This document shows positions 14,044-28,000 of a DNA stretch of 64,000 nt, one piece after another. Under the pieces are notes generated by a model. It was not told the DNA's origin. It worked only from the letters and a program-made list of their open reading frames with translations, and searched no databases. Both the position numbers and the translations under genes were made by a program. This DNA is from Takakia lepidozioides (Eukaryota; Plantae; Bryophyta): the NCBI GenBank assembly GCA_030704615.1, contig CM060733.1:23560001-23624000 (forward strand), written 5' to 3'. The first letter of the stretch is position 1. Each line of letters begins with the position of its first letter.

Positions 14044-14065
14044 GAGCATCTCCACCGGGGGTACA
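14044..14065 (+). mobile_element. Possible PIF/Harbinger-type terminus (orphan)
   Basis: TTA followed by GAGCATCTCCA, a typical Harbinger TSD and TIR start. No partner end was seen. Confidence 0.3.
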
Positions 14066-15019
14066 CTAAACACCACTGCACGGTAACCTCCCGCGGCCTC
14101 GAACACTCCCCTCCCCCAGCGGCAACTCCATCAAACTACCATGCACATGTAATTTTTGATGACGTGCCTTACTGCGGAGGGACCACCTGGCAGACACCAC
14201 CTTACCATCAAGCCATAAATGCGCTTTTTAGTCACTCCAGCATGTACCGGCCGGGCTGACGAGGGACCGTATCCTGCACCAAAGTGCGGACCCCGGGGGT
14301 GTGCGGATACCATGGCCGGGGGCTCAAGTACCGTTGCCGTGGCATTTAGGGACACCGGTGGGGACGCTCTTAAGAGGAAGACACACATACCCACGCCCCA
14401 AGTGCTCCGACAGGTACGCCCGTTGAGGGAATTACTTCGGGCAATATAGGCAGCTCAAAGTAAAATGATGACGAGGATGTGGCTGACAATGATGATGTGG
14501 CACTATGGCACCCTATTCGCGCTCCACGCTAAATTAGCTCTCGACCTTCCGTCGTCGCTAGAATATATTAAATAAACGTAAAGAATTTTGGGAAAAAATC
14601 CTTTGTATTTTGCGGGGCCTTATACTTGTGAACACCACTCTAGGGTTACGTGCAGGGAGGTTCACAAGTGGAACGCACTCGCCAGGCTGTCAGCGACCCC
14701 TCCCTTCTTTCCCTCTTCTTTTCAACTTCTTCCCCCAAGCATTAGATGGGGCCCTGGAGTTCAATGCGAGGGAGCCGGTTCTGCCAGCATGGACCCCCCG
14801 CCACCCCATGCCCACCCCCGCCTCCGTCGCCCGCACACCGCGCGGCACGCCTCCCGCTGTGGGGACATGAGACGTGTCCTCACCCGCATCCCCATACCGC
14901 CTCCCATCCTGGGCATGCCATCGTCATCCATCCCCCATAGTACATGCTATCCCAAGCATACATGGTATCCTAAGCATACATTATGCCCTGTTTCAAAATC
15001 ATTCTGACAGGAATTCAAA

Positions 15020-15420
15020 CACTACAACAGATGAGCATTTTTATGACTGCAAACATGACTATTTTTTCAGTCATATATGCGTTCATGACTACATGACTCT
15101 GAAGTGAAAAAAACGGCGTGATAGCGACTAGTCTTTAGGACTGCATTTTGCAAGTCATAGCCCTGACTGCGTGCGTGGCACCTGGAGTCATGCAGAAGAG
15201 AGTGATGTAGTCACAACTCTATAACTTACATATGACTAACTATATGACTACATTGTCTGCTGAGCGTTGCCTACATGGAGAGGCTTCAGTGGAACACATG
15301 CACCACTGCGCAGGCGACACGTCACGCATCCGTGAAGGGATCATATGACTATATGTCTGCAGAGCGATGTCTACATGGAGAGGCGCCGGATGGACACGTG
15401 CGCCACTGCGAATTTGACAC
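15020..15420 (+). mobile_element. CACTA-like terminus with subterminal ATGACT repeats
   Basis: CACTACAACA at 15020 followed by many (C)ATGACT/AGTCAT words. A similar end starts at 33427. Confidence 0.45.
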
Positions 15421-16519
15421 GTCATTTTAAAATATTTTTGAATAATGTTTTTAATTTTAATAAAATAAATTATAAAATTACAACATTTAGATTATTAATT
15501 GATTTAAATTCTTCATTATATTTTTGGGAAAATAGAATGGAAGGCCAACGGGGCTTGTACAAGTCCTGCAAATCATATTACAAAATTCCAAATTGGACAA
15601 GCATCCCCGCGGATGCCTCAAAGTCTAATGCGGAGCAAAAATTAAGCAAACCGACACAAGGGCAGAAGTTTTTTAGTACTACTACAGTTCTGGTACTACT
15701 AGAATGAAGGACTCTATTTACAACTATCGAGTGCAATACTCCTTACAACTGCATTTGGCCAACAACTCCGAAACGAACTTGGTGGCAGTGTGGCAGTCAC
15801 CACACACCCGAAGATTTTTCACAAGATGTAGAGACATCCCTGCAGCTCATCAGCCCAAAACCTCGATTGTCCCACCATTGACTGGGGTTAGAAAAGTTCC
15901 ACAGCTTCTCCTCGTCTCTGTTACCTATTTTTGGATACTTTCCTGTTGTCACGTTGGCAATTTCATGTCAAAGTCACTCCAAACTATCAAAGGTTCACTC
16001 AACCAGCTAACTTGCAGAATTCATAATGAAAATTGAGGGCCAATTCTGATAAGAGGGGAAAACAAGGTGAAATGTGTTGAAGAAGGTGCCCTGATTAACA
16101 GTGCCTGATTTGATCAATTGTGTCGCTGCTGCTGCGGCTTCCAGTTGACCATCTATCTATGCAGGTTTCCTGTACCTATCCTTCCACAGCGAATCATAGG
16201 TAATCTGGAGCATGAAATTCGGCCCTCTTGGATGAATCTGGACCCACACTGTATCCCTGCTCCTTCAGCTATCCATGCCTATGCACAAATCATGCATACA
16301 TCCTCGCCTTGCTTCTAGCAGCTGACAATGACAGCCTAGAAGTGTTCCAGCAAACACCCCAACCCTACTTATCACACTAGTTCATATGCTCAATTGCATC
16401 TGCTACTCTCTATAATCCAACAGGCGTTCACCTTCTTGCCTCGATTGTCCCACCATTGACTGGGTTAGAAAAGTATTCATTCCACAACTTCTCCTCGTCA
16501 TTTGCCCTTAGGTCTCCAA

Positions 16520-17570
16520 AGCCTCCATCCCGCGCCCTTGCTGTGCATACCCTGCAATCATCACACTCCATGACACCACATGTCGTTCAGCCATACTGTC
16601 GAACACTCACAATTCATGCTTTGACGATGTCAGCATGGACCTCTTTCCCCTTTTCCAGGGCTCCCAGGCTTGCACACGCATTGCAAACACCAACAAAGGT
16701 GATGTGGTTGGGCTTCACCGGCCCTTCGCGCAACATTTGCTCATAGGTCTCCAAAGCATTCCTACCACACCCATGTTAAATCATGCCAACATTATATTCA
16801 ACGTGATCAAAGTTCGTTGAGGCATTCCGTTGAACACTCGGTGTGCATTCATGATGCTTCTGCACTTAACATACATGTTCACAAGGGTGTTGAGGAGAAA
16901 AACACTTGGCGTGAATCCACTTTGGATAATGTGAGTGTGCACCTGCTTTCCAACTTCCAGACCCTTCATTTTGACGCACTTACGCAAGAGACAGATATAC
17001 ATATCTGAATCTGCTGAAATGCTCCTTGTTTTAAAGGTTGTAGAGCCTCTTTCAGTATGCCTGCCTCACAAAGCATCTTCACATGCCCAGAAGAGCCAAA
17101 AGAGGCATTATGGACTCCCTCTCTTGATCCTCTTTTAGAAGTTGTGGTCATGGTTGAGGTGCCTGATTTAAATCAGGGCTGCCAGGCTTGCAATGCACAC
17201 AAACATGATGTGGCCGGGCTGAACCCCTTCCCCCATCATTTGCTCATAGGTCTCCAAAGCCTCCATCCCACGTTCTTGCTGTGCATACCCTGCAAGCATC
17301 GAACTCCACGACACCACATCTCGTTCAGCCATAGTGTTGAACACTCCCTTTGCATCCTCGATGCACCCACATTTTGCATACATGTCCACTAGGGTATTGT
17401 TCACATTTGGTACAATTCCAGCTCTGAAGGTGTCACCATGGACCTCCTTCCCCTTTTCCAGAGCTGCCAGGGCAATGTTTAGAATGACATTAGGTACAAT
17501 TCCAACTTTGATGATATCCCCATGCACCTCTTTGCCCTTCTCAAGGGCTGCCAGGCTTGCACGAGCATTG
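16520..17570 (-). pseudogene. Fragmented PLS-class PPR remnants
   Basis: GKQVHTHII...NTLVNMYVKC, LEKGKEVHGDI and DMYAKCGCIEDAKGVFNTMAERDVVSW. Scrambled and frameshifted, paralogous to 12230-13440. Confidence 0.8.
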
Positions 17571-20261
17571 CAATGCACACATGGGACAAAGTAGAACAAC
17601 AAGAAACCCACATCACAGAGGAGAGAGAGGTTCTCACCTTATCACGACCTTCGACAAACACAGGAATGGGTTGGTTGGTGTCAAGAGGGCGAGGTCGGAT
17701 TCGGCGGCCACCAGAATCAACAGGAGTGGATGCAAGCATACACTTTTTTTTCTTTGTCACTGACAGAGGAGCTTCCTCCTCTTCTTGGCCTACCACTTTG
17801 GGCATCAGCTCTTGCTCCTTCAAAGGATTCTCCGTATGTGTGATAAGTGCATGTGCCTCATCCCAAACTTGTCTCTCTGATAAGAATGCTTTGCTTGGAC
17901 ATTCAGCAATTGATTCATACCTGCTCTCGGGCTGGGGCCAGGCACACACATATCAGAAAGAAAGACAAAGGATATGCCACCATCTGTAACCCTTGGCCAT
18001 AATACATTAAGGGCGTACTCCCTGCAGGATGCCTTTTTGGAGCTATTGTAAGGCTTTGAACCGCAATATATAAAACCAAGTCAAGAGTGCTGAATTGCTT
18101 ACAACAATCCCAAAAAAGGGAACGCATGAGTAAGAGAGAGAGAGAGGGTAGACCCTGGCTGAAATAGACAAGCTAGTAAGAGCAGAAAAGACTGCATACC
18201 TCTCTATGGGACAACTACTGATCCATGCTTGGGTCAACTGGGAGAGAGGAACTCTCTGCACACAGGGAGGCCATCATTTGCTGGCGACTGAGGGTTTTCC
18301 CCTGTAACAGCATACCTTCTTGGAAGCTCAAAGTTTCAGCATGCATCTTATCTCCCACTGTCCTCTCAAGAGGAGACTCTACCACCGTCTCCAATACCTT
18401 CCCATTTAGGCTCTCTGTGTGCTCAATATCTGTAAACTTATCTAGTTTCAAAGCCTCTGAGAGTGCTGCCCCATTTTCTGGTTGCAGTCCCCCTATTTGC
18501 TCTAGATCTATGCTTAAGGTCTGCACAAGAGCCTCAACCTCCTTTCCCAGAGCTGATGAATGGTCAGAGTGCATTGCTACAGCCATCGCCTCTTCTTTGT
18601 GGAGCATGGATACCATATCATGTATATCTGATGAATTCTCCACTAATTTTTCTTCGTTTTCTGCGGATGAACACCCACCTCAGTACTTTTGGTGTTCTCT
18701 GTAAGATCTGTCTAGTCCACCTTAGAAACACATGGGTTGCTCTTCACAGTTGCCTCCTCCTCCATACACTTTAAGCCACCATCCGCAATCCCTCCCACTT
18801 CACTTGTGAGAGGGCAAAACAGGCTGAAATAGGTCAAAGAAGAAGGTGCCCTCACCACATTGTCCTTGAGCTTGTGTCATGACTTGACCGACCATCAACC
18901 CAAAATGACCTCTTGTGTGTGCTGCTTATGTCTGTAGTCAGGTAATGTCAGAGTAGTCTATGAGATCGAACCACCACGGTGCAGCTGGGGGGTGCTATTC
19001 CGTGAGCCCGGAGGCGTGAGCCTGTGAGCCCAGGAAACCGTGAGCCCAGCACAGGCTCACGCCACGTCAGCATGCATACAGGGCCTATTTCCGCGGGTGT
19101 CACCTATTACCGCGGGTTGAACAGCCATTTCCCGGGAATGCAGACTGGATGTATTACATCCATTGTATCCATCCTTTGTATCCATTGCATCCATCTAGAC
19201 GTTATCAAAGACTTTCCTTCATATAAAGAATTAATCCAGGTTTTCCAGATATCCTCTAGAAATCCCTTCACACAAGCATCAATCTGCTGTGTGTAATTTG
19301 CCCAAAAACTAGGCCTCAGGAGGGCCTGGGCTTTTGGCTCAGCCTCGAGACTATCGGGAGCTTAAGGACGGAAAGCCAAACTCTGCATTGGAATGTGGGT
19401 ACGTCGTGAGGAGGTGCACACTGACATCATCTAAAGCGGATCCCTGCGAAATCTTTTCTTACTCACCACCTTTGCGAACATGCCAAGTATGTGCGGGAGC
19501 ATCATGGATGCTCACCAGATTTGAGAATGCCTGAATGATCTTTGATCACGTGGACTTCACCTCGATGGATTCACCAAGCATTCTTCTAGCAGGAATGGTT
19601 TGGAGACAAGCGAGCAAATGATGCGAGAATGCTGTACACGAACCAAAGTCGATTGTTTGTTTTTGAAATGCACTCAAGCCTGTGAGGTCCACAAAACTCT
19701 AAATAGATTGAAGGAACAATCCGGGCAGTCCATGCAACCCCCATCTCCAATAATAGTTTGTTCCCATGAAGTTGCATCCCACGCACACATTGCAAACAGG
19801 ACAACAAGGACACACAACCATCCCATTTCAAATTTGGCCCCGAATAAAACCAAAAGAAAACTTCATATCAAGTGTCACAGTCATCAGAATCACTCTCGAC
19901 CTCCTGTGCTATGTCATCCACAAAGATTCTGGCCCCAACACCACGTCTTCTACCACGGCCGTCAATGGGTGGACAGCGAGTGCCTCACAAGTTTAGGGAA
20001 TGGACATGCTTGTTGCGAGTGCCTCCGCATAGACAGGTTGCACGTAAGACCGAGGAGGACTTGAAAGAAGTCCAAATAGGTGTGATAGCCCTAGAGGGTA
20101 GTGGAAGCACGCGGATTCCTGCACATATCGACAAAAACCCATTTTGAACACAATGATGCAATACACAAGTCCAATGAAGAGGATGTTTCCCATGTGCACT
20201 TTGCCTCAAGAACAGTGATTCTGGATATTGAAACAACAATACAAGCATCCACAGGTTGAAC

Positions 20262-21937
20262 TTACTCACAGGCAAAGTCGGAGTCCAGCTCCTTGTCGGA
20301 AGTCTCCCCTGTATCAATATCACCGAGAAGGGGCTTTGGAAGGATTTGAGAAGTGTGTCCACCCAAACCCATCAGGAGGTTCTTGTAAATCTCGGCATCC
20401 CCTTCAATCCCAAAGAGATGTTGCGCACTGGCCTTGCAAGCGTAGTACAAAGCATCTGCAGTGGAACAGAATGAAGAAAACAGACATTGAAGACACATTT
20501 GGAACGGTGTGAAGTTATGAAAGTGCAAGCTCAAACAAAAACCTCATGAAATGTGAATGTTGAAGAGACGAACCTGTGCCCTTTGACAAATCCAGAACTC
20601 TGGCGTCTGTGTAGGTGCAACACTCCACAATTGTTTGAATGAAAGCCGAGCTCTTCTCCCTCGCCCCTCTCCAAGGAACCCCATTCCCCCTTCGCAAGCA
20701 CACGTTGCTATCGACGTAGTTGTGGTGCATGTCATCCGTGGGAGGATCTGTCCTCTCGTCTATGAACTTGCCCCCATGAGTGATGGCGAACTCCGGAATG
20801 ATGGCCGGAGTCGTAGGTGGATGCACTCGGACGAGACAAACAGTTTCAAACAAACGAGTCTGCGAACAGGACATGCACGAGGAACTAAGAAGCTCCAAAG
20901 CCAGGCCCCAACATATGAGTTTGAGCGACCTATACAACTCCATCCGAGAACCAGCAAGAAGAGGAACAAGAAGGCAAATTTACCATCTCTCCCGGACGAT
21001 CCCCCTTCGTCAGGTACATGTTGTTCACACAATTCCATGTCTTCACGACCCTCATACCGGAGGCTTTCAAATAGCTGGCAAGTGCACGGCGACAGTGAAG
21101 GTCGATGGACTGGATGAGCACCAAAACACCTGCATCGCACAGATATAAATTGCAAAAGGAGAAAACCCACCGCCAGTAGCGCTCATCAAAAGCATTCCAA
21201 CCCGGACAAGCACCCGATGGAGGGACATCCGGAACTGGCAACCCATCAGGGATGTCCAAGATGATGAGTTCGGCTGCATATGGCTTCTCCTTCCCGTTCA
21301 CCCAGGATTTGGTCATTTTAGCCTGCAAACAAGAATACAATGGAATGCTCAAGAGGATTGAAATGATCTATGCCCACAACAGACAAGAAGCAAAGACAAC
21401 ACGCACCGTGCCGAGGAACTCCACAATCCTCTCCCACACTGGTGATGGCTTGCCCTTGTAATCAGATTTCCTGGACTCCATCATGGCAAGGAACCCGATG
21501 TTGGCCATCTCCAACCTGGTAGGGCGAATGACCCTCATGGGATGTTCCACTGCATGGTACGGGTCCTTGGGATCAACCACCCCCTTGTTCTTTCTCCCGG
21601 ATCCCCTACCATGCGGTGGAGTCTGCTGGACATGCACCACAGGGCCAGGTTCTGCAACACTTCCCTGCCCACCTGCCTGCCCTTGTGCCCCCTTCCCCCT
21701 ACCCCTTCCTTTCCCCACACCACCAGCAACATCTTTTCCCTTTGCCTTTCTACCTCTACACGGGGTATCCTGAGCGGGAGGCTCCTTCTCTGCAAGAGTC
21801 CTCAAATTTCTATCATGAATGTCGAGGTCGGCTGCTGCGGCGGTGGCTGCTATACGCTCATTCTCTCTCCTCAAAGACACCTCCAGAGCTGGGGTCTCAG
21901 AAGGAGGGCAATCCAAATACCATGGGAGTTTTGACAA
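20262..21937 (-). CDS. Intron-containing beta-class DNA amino-methyltransferase-like gene of element A (5'-truncated relative to element B; may be a pseudogene)
   Basis: ELIILDIPDG at the motif IV position. EKSSAFIQTIVECCTYTDARVLDLSKGT splices (GT 20573, AG ending 20456) to DALYYACKASAQHLFGIEGD. PWYLD and intron positions are shared with the element B gene. Confidence 0.65.
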
Positions 21938-22007
21938 CTATGGGAGTTTTGAGCATGCATACTGGCCCTGTTAGGCCCAATTTCACATAGAAAAACAAGC
22001 ACGAACG

Positions 22008-25000
22008 GGGCTCAAAACAGTGTGCGTTGCCGCACACTGTTTGAGCTTCCAATAAGGGTTGGATTCAACCTGCCAGAGTGGCCCCAGGGGACCGATTTTC
22101 AAATCAAAAGCAATCACATAAGGAAGCTCAAACAGTGTGCGTTGCCGCACACTGTTTGAGCTTCCAATAAAGGTTGGATTCAACCTGCCAAAGTGGCCCC
22201 AGGAGACCAATTTTCACATCAAAATCAATCACATAAGGAAGCTCAAACAGTGTGCGTTGCCGCACACTGTTTGAGCCTGTAATAAGGTGTGATTTTAATA
22301 TGGCATAGTGGCCATAAGTGGCCAATTTGAAATAAAAGAAAAGGCAGTGAAGGGGGCTCAAACAGTGTGAGTCGGCGCACACTGTTTGAGCTTCCATTTT
22401 GGAGTCGAATGAACTTGCCAGACTAGCCGTAGGTGCACAATTTTCATATCCATAAACAAGCAAATCAGGGGGCTCAAACCGTGTGCGTTGACGCACACCG
22501 TTTGGGCTGCCAGGTAAGTGTGAATTGAACCTGACAGAGATGACCTTTGTGGTCGATTCTAAAATGCCAGCTGCCAGGTAAGTGTGCATTGACGCTCAAA
22601 GAGATGCCCTATGTGGCCGATTTTCAGATAAAAAAAAACAATGACATGGTGGGCTGGAACAATGTGCGTTGACGCACACTCTTTGCGTTGCCAGGTAAGT
22701 CTGCATTGAACCTCAAATACATGCCCTATGTGGCCGATTTTCTCGTGAAAAAAACAATGACAAGTTGGCTCAAACAATGTGCGTTGACGCACACTGTTTG
22801 GGCTGCCACGTAAGTGTGTATTGAAGCTCAAAGAGATGCCCTATGTGGCCTATTTTCAGATAAAAAAAACAATGACATGGTGGGCTGGAACAGTGTGCAT
22901 TGACGCACACTCTTTGAGCTGCCATGTAAGTCTGCATTGAACCTCAAATACATGGCCTATGTGGCCGATTTTCACATGAAAAAAAACAATGACAAGTGAG
23001 GCTCAAACAGTGTGCGTTAACGCACACTATTTGAGCTGCCACGTAAGTGTGCATTGAAGCTCAAAGAGATGCCTTATGTGGCCGATTTTCAGATTAAAAA
23101 AACAATGACATGGTGGGCTGGAACAGTGTGCATTGACGCACACTCTTTGAGCTGCGAGGTAAGTCTGCATTGAACCTCAAATACATGCCCTATATGGCCG
23201 ATTTTCACATGAAAAAAACAATGACAAGTTGGGCTCAAACAGTGTGCGTTGACGTACACTCTTTGAGCTGCCACGTAAGTGTGCATTGAAGCTCAAAGAG
23301 ATGCCCTATGTGGCCGATTTTCAGATTAAAAAAACAATGACATGGTGGACTCGAACAGTGTGCGTTGACGCACACTGCTGGAGCTGCCACGTAAGTGTGC
23401 ATTAAAGCTCAAAGAGATGCCCTATGTGGCCGATTTTCAAAAAAAACAAAAAAAAAAACAAAAAAAAAAAAACATGGTTGGCTGGAAAAGTGTGCGTTGA
23501 CGCACACTATTTGAGCTGCCAGGTAAGTCTGCATTGAACCTCAAATACATGCCCTATGTGGCCAATTTTCACATGAAAAAAACAATGACAAGTTGGGCTC
23601 AAACAGTGTGCGTTGACGCACACTGTTTGAGCTGCCACGTAAGTGTGTATTGAAGCTCAAAGAGATGCCCTATGTGGCCTATTTTCAGATAAAAAAAACA
23701 ATGACATGGTGGGCTGGAACAGTGTGCATTGACGCACACTCTTTGAGCTGCCATGTAAGTCTGCATTGAACCTCAAATACATGCCCTATGTGGCCGATTT
23801 TCACATGAAAAAAACAATGACAAGTGAGGCTCAAACAGTGTGCGTTGACGCACACTATTTGAGCTGCCACGTAAGTGTGCATTGAAGCTCAAAGAGATGC
23901 CTTATGTGGCCGATTTTCAGATTAAAAAAATAATGACATGGTGTGCTCAAACAGTGTGCGTTGACGCACACTGCTGGAGCTGCCTTGTGAGTGTGCATTG
24001 AAGATCAAAGAGATGCCCTATGTGGCCGATTTTCAGAAAAAAAAAAAAAAAAAAAAAAAAAACATGGATGGCTGCAACAGTGCGCGTTGACGCACACTAT
24101 TTGAGGTGCCAGGTTAGTCAGCATTGAACCTTAAATACATGCCCTATGTAGCCAATTTTCACATGAAAAAAACAATGACAAGTTGGGCTCAAACAGTGTG
24201 CGTTGACGCACACTATTTGAGCTGCCACGTAAGTGTGTATTGAAGCTCAAAGAGATGCCCTATGTGGCCTATTTTCAGATAAAAAAAACAATGACATGGT
24301 GGGCTGGAACAGTGTGCATTGATGCACACTCTTTGAGCTGCTAGGTAATTCTGCATTAAACCTCAAATACATGCCCTATGTGGCCGATTTTCACATGAAA
24401 ACAACAATGACAAGTTGGGGTCAAACAGTGTGCGGTGACGCACACTGTTTGAGCTGCCACATAAGTGTGCATTGATGCTCAAAGAGATGCCCTATGTGGC
24501 CGATTTTCTGATTAAAAAAACAATGACATGGTGGACTCGAATAGTGTGCTTTGCCGCACACTGCTGAAGCTGCCACGTAAGTGTGCATTAAAGCTCAAAG
24601 AGATGCCCTATGTGGCCGATTTTCTTGAAAAAAAAAAAAAAAAAAAAAAAAAAACGTGAATGGCTGGAACTGTGTGCGTTGACGCACACTATTTGAGCTT
24701 CCAGTTAAGTCTGCATTGAACCTCAAATACATGCCCTATGTAACCAATTTTCATATGAAAAAAACAATGACATGTTGGGCTCAAACAGTGTGCGTTGACG
24801 CACACTGTTTGGGCTGCCACGTAAGTGTGTATTGAAGCTCAAAGAGATGCCCTATGTGGCCTATTTTCAGATAAAAAAAACAATGACATGGTGGGCTGGA
24901 ACAGTGTGCATTGACGCACACTCTTTGAGCTGCCAGGTAAGTCTGCATTGAACCTCAAATACATGCCCTATGTGGCCGATTTTCACATGAAAAAAACAAT

Positions 25001-28000
25001 GACAAGTTAGGCTCAAACAGTGTGCGTTGACGCACACTATTTGAGCTGCCACGTAAGTGTGCATTGAAGCTCAAAGAGATGCCTTATATGGCCGATTTTC
25101 AGATTAAAAAAATAATGACATGGTGTGCTCAAACAGTGTGCGTTGACGCACACTGCTGGAGCTGCCTTGTAAGTGTGAATTGAAGCTCAAAGAGATGCAC
25201 TATGTGGCCGATTTTCAGAAAAAAAAAACAAAAAAAAAACATGGATGGCTGCAACAGTGTGCGTTGACGCACACTATTTGAGGTGCCAGGTAAGTCTGCA
25301 TTGAACCTTTTATACATGCCATATGTAGCCAATTTTCACATGAAAACAACAATGACAAGTTAGGCTCAAACACTGTGCGTTGACGCACACGGTTTGGGCT
25401 GCCACGTAAGTGTGTATTGAAGCTCAAAGAGATGCCCTATGTGGCCTATTTTCAGATAAAAAAAACAATGACATGGTGGGCTGGAACAGTGTGCATTGAC
25501 GCACACTCTTTGAGCTGCTACGTAAGTCTGCATTCAACCTCAAATACATGCCCTATATGGCCGATTTTCACATGAAAAAAACAATGACAAGTTGGGGTCA
25601 AACAGTGTGCGTTGACGCACACTGTTTGAGCTGCCACGTAAGTATGCATTGATGCTCAAAGAGATGCCTTATGTAGCCTATTTTCAGATTAAAAAAACAA
25701 TGACATAGTGGACTCGAACAGTGTGCGTTGACGCACACTGCTGGAGCTGCCACGTAAGTGTGCATTAAAGCTCAGAGAGATACCCTATGTGGCCGATTTT
25801 CTTGAAAAAAAAAAAAAAAAAAAAAAACACGGTTGGCTGGAACAGTGTGCATTGACGCACACTATTTGAGCTGCCAGGTAAGTCTGCATTGAACCTCAAA
25901 TACATGCCCTATGTAACCAATTTTCATATGAAAAACAAATGACAAGTTGGGCTCAAACAGTGTGCGTTGACGCACACTGTTTGGGCTGCCACGTAAGTGT
26001 GTATTGAAGCTCAAAGAGATGCGCTATGTGGCCTATTTTCAGATAAAAAAAGCAATGACATGGTGGGCTGGAACAGTGTGCATTGACGCACACTCTTTGA
26101 GCTGCTAGGTAAGTCTGCATTCAACCTCAAATACATGCCCTATATGGCCGATTTTCATATGAAAAAAACAATGACAAGTTGGGGTCAAACAGTATGCGTT
26201 GACGCACACTGTTTGAGCTGCCACGTAAGTGTGCATTGATGCTCAAAGAGATGCCCTATGTAGCCGATTTTCAGATTAAAAAAACAATGACATGGTGGAC
26301 GCGAACAGTGTGCGTTGACGCACACTGCTGGAGCTGCCACGTAAGTGTGCATTAAAGCTCAAAGGGATACCCTATGTGGCCGATTTTCAGGCAAAAAAAT
26401 AAAAAAATAAAAAAAATAAAAATAATTGGCTGGAACAGTGTGCGTTGACGCACACTATTTGAGCTGCAAGGTAAGTCTGCATTGAACCTCATATACATGC
26501 CCTATGTAACCAATTTTCATATGAAAAAAACAATGACCAGTTGGGCTCAAACAGTGCGCGTTGACGCACACTGTTTGGGCTGCCACGTAAGTGTGTATTG
26601 AAGCTCAAAGAGATGCCCTATGTGGCCTATTTTCAGATAAAAAAAACAATGACATGGTGGGCTGGAACAGTGTGCATTGACGCACACTCTTTGAGCTGCC
26701 AGGTAAGTCTGCATTGAACCTCAAATACATGCCCTATGTGGCCGATTTTCACATAAAAAAAACAATGACAAGTTAGGTTCAAACAGTGTGCGTTGACGCA
26801 CACTATTTGAGCTGCCACGTAAGTGTGCATTGAAGCTCAAAGAGATGCCTTATGTGGCCGATTTTCAGATTAAAAAAATAATGACATGGTGTCCTCAAAC
26901 AGTGTGCGTTGACGCACACTGCTGGAGCTGCCTTGTAAGTGTGCATTGAAGATCAAAGAGATGCCCTATGTTGCCGATTTTTTTAAAAAATAAAATAAAA
27001 AAAAATAATAATAATAATAAAAACACATGGATGGCTGCAACAGTGTGCGTTGACGCACACTATTTGAGGTGCCAGGTAAGTCTGCATTGAACCTTTTATA
27101 CATGCCCTATGTGGCCAATTTTCACATGAAAAAAACAATGACAAGTTGGGCTCAAAAAGTGTGCGTGGACGCACACTGTTTGAGCGGCCACGTAAGTGTG
27201 TATTGAAGCTCAAAGAGATGCCCTATGTGGCCTATTTTCAGATAAAAAAAACAATGACATGGTGGGCTGAAACAGTGTCCATTGACGCACACTCTTTGAG
27301 CTGCTAGGTAAGTCTGCATTAAACCTCAAATACATGCCCTATGTGGCCGATTTTCACATGAAAAAAACAAAGACAAGTTGGGGTCAAACATTGTGCGTTG
27401 ACGCACACTATTTGAGCTGCCACGTAAGTGTGCATTGATGCTCAAAGAGATGCCCTATGTGGCCGATTTTCAGATTAAAAAATCAATGACATGGTGGACT
27501 CGAACAGTGTGCGTTGCCGCACACTTCTGGAGCTGCCACGTAAGTGTGCATTAAAGCTCAAAGATATGCCCTATGTGGCCGATTATCAGAAAAAAAAAAA
27601 AAAAAAACAAACAAACAAAAACATGAATGGCTCGAACAGTGTGCGATGATGCACACTATTGGAGCTGCCAGGTAAGTCTGCATTGAACCTCAAATACATG
27701 CCCTATGTAACCAATTTTCATATGAAAAAAACAATGACAAGTTGGGCTCAAACAGTGTGCGTTGACGCACACTGTTTGGGCTGCCACGTAAGTGTGTATT
27801 GAAGCTCAAAGAGATGCCCTATGTGGCCTATTTTCAGATTAAAAAAAAATGACATGGTGGGCTGGAACAGTGTGCATTGACGCACACTCTTTGAGCTGCA
27901 AGGTAAGTCTGCATTGAACCTCAAATACATGCCCTATGGGCGATTTTCACATGAAAAAAACAATGACAAGTTAGGCTCAAACAGTGTGCGTTGACGCACA

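Noticed and set aside
19640-19700. Homology between the left-end ORFs of elements A and B (shared AAAGTCGATTG / KVDC)
   Set aside because: Too short, and interrupted by a stop in the matching frame. It needs a proper alignment.
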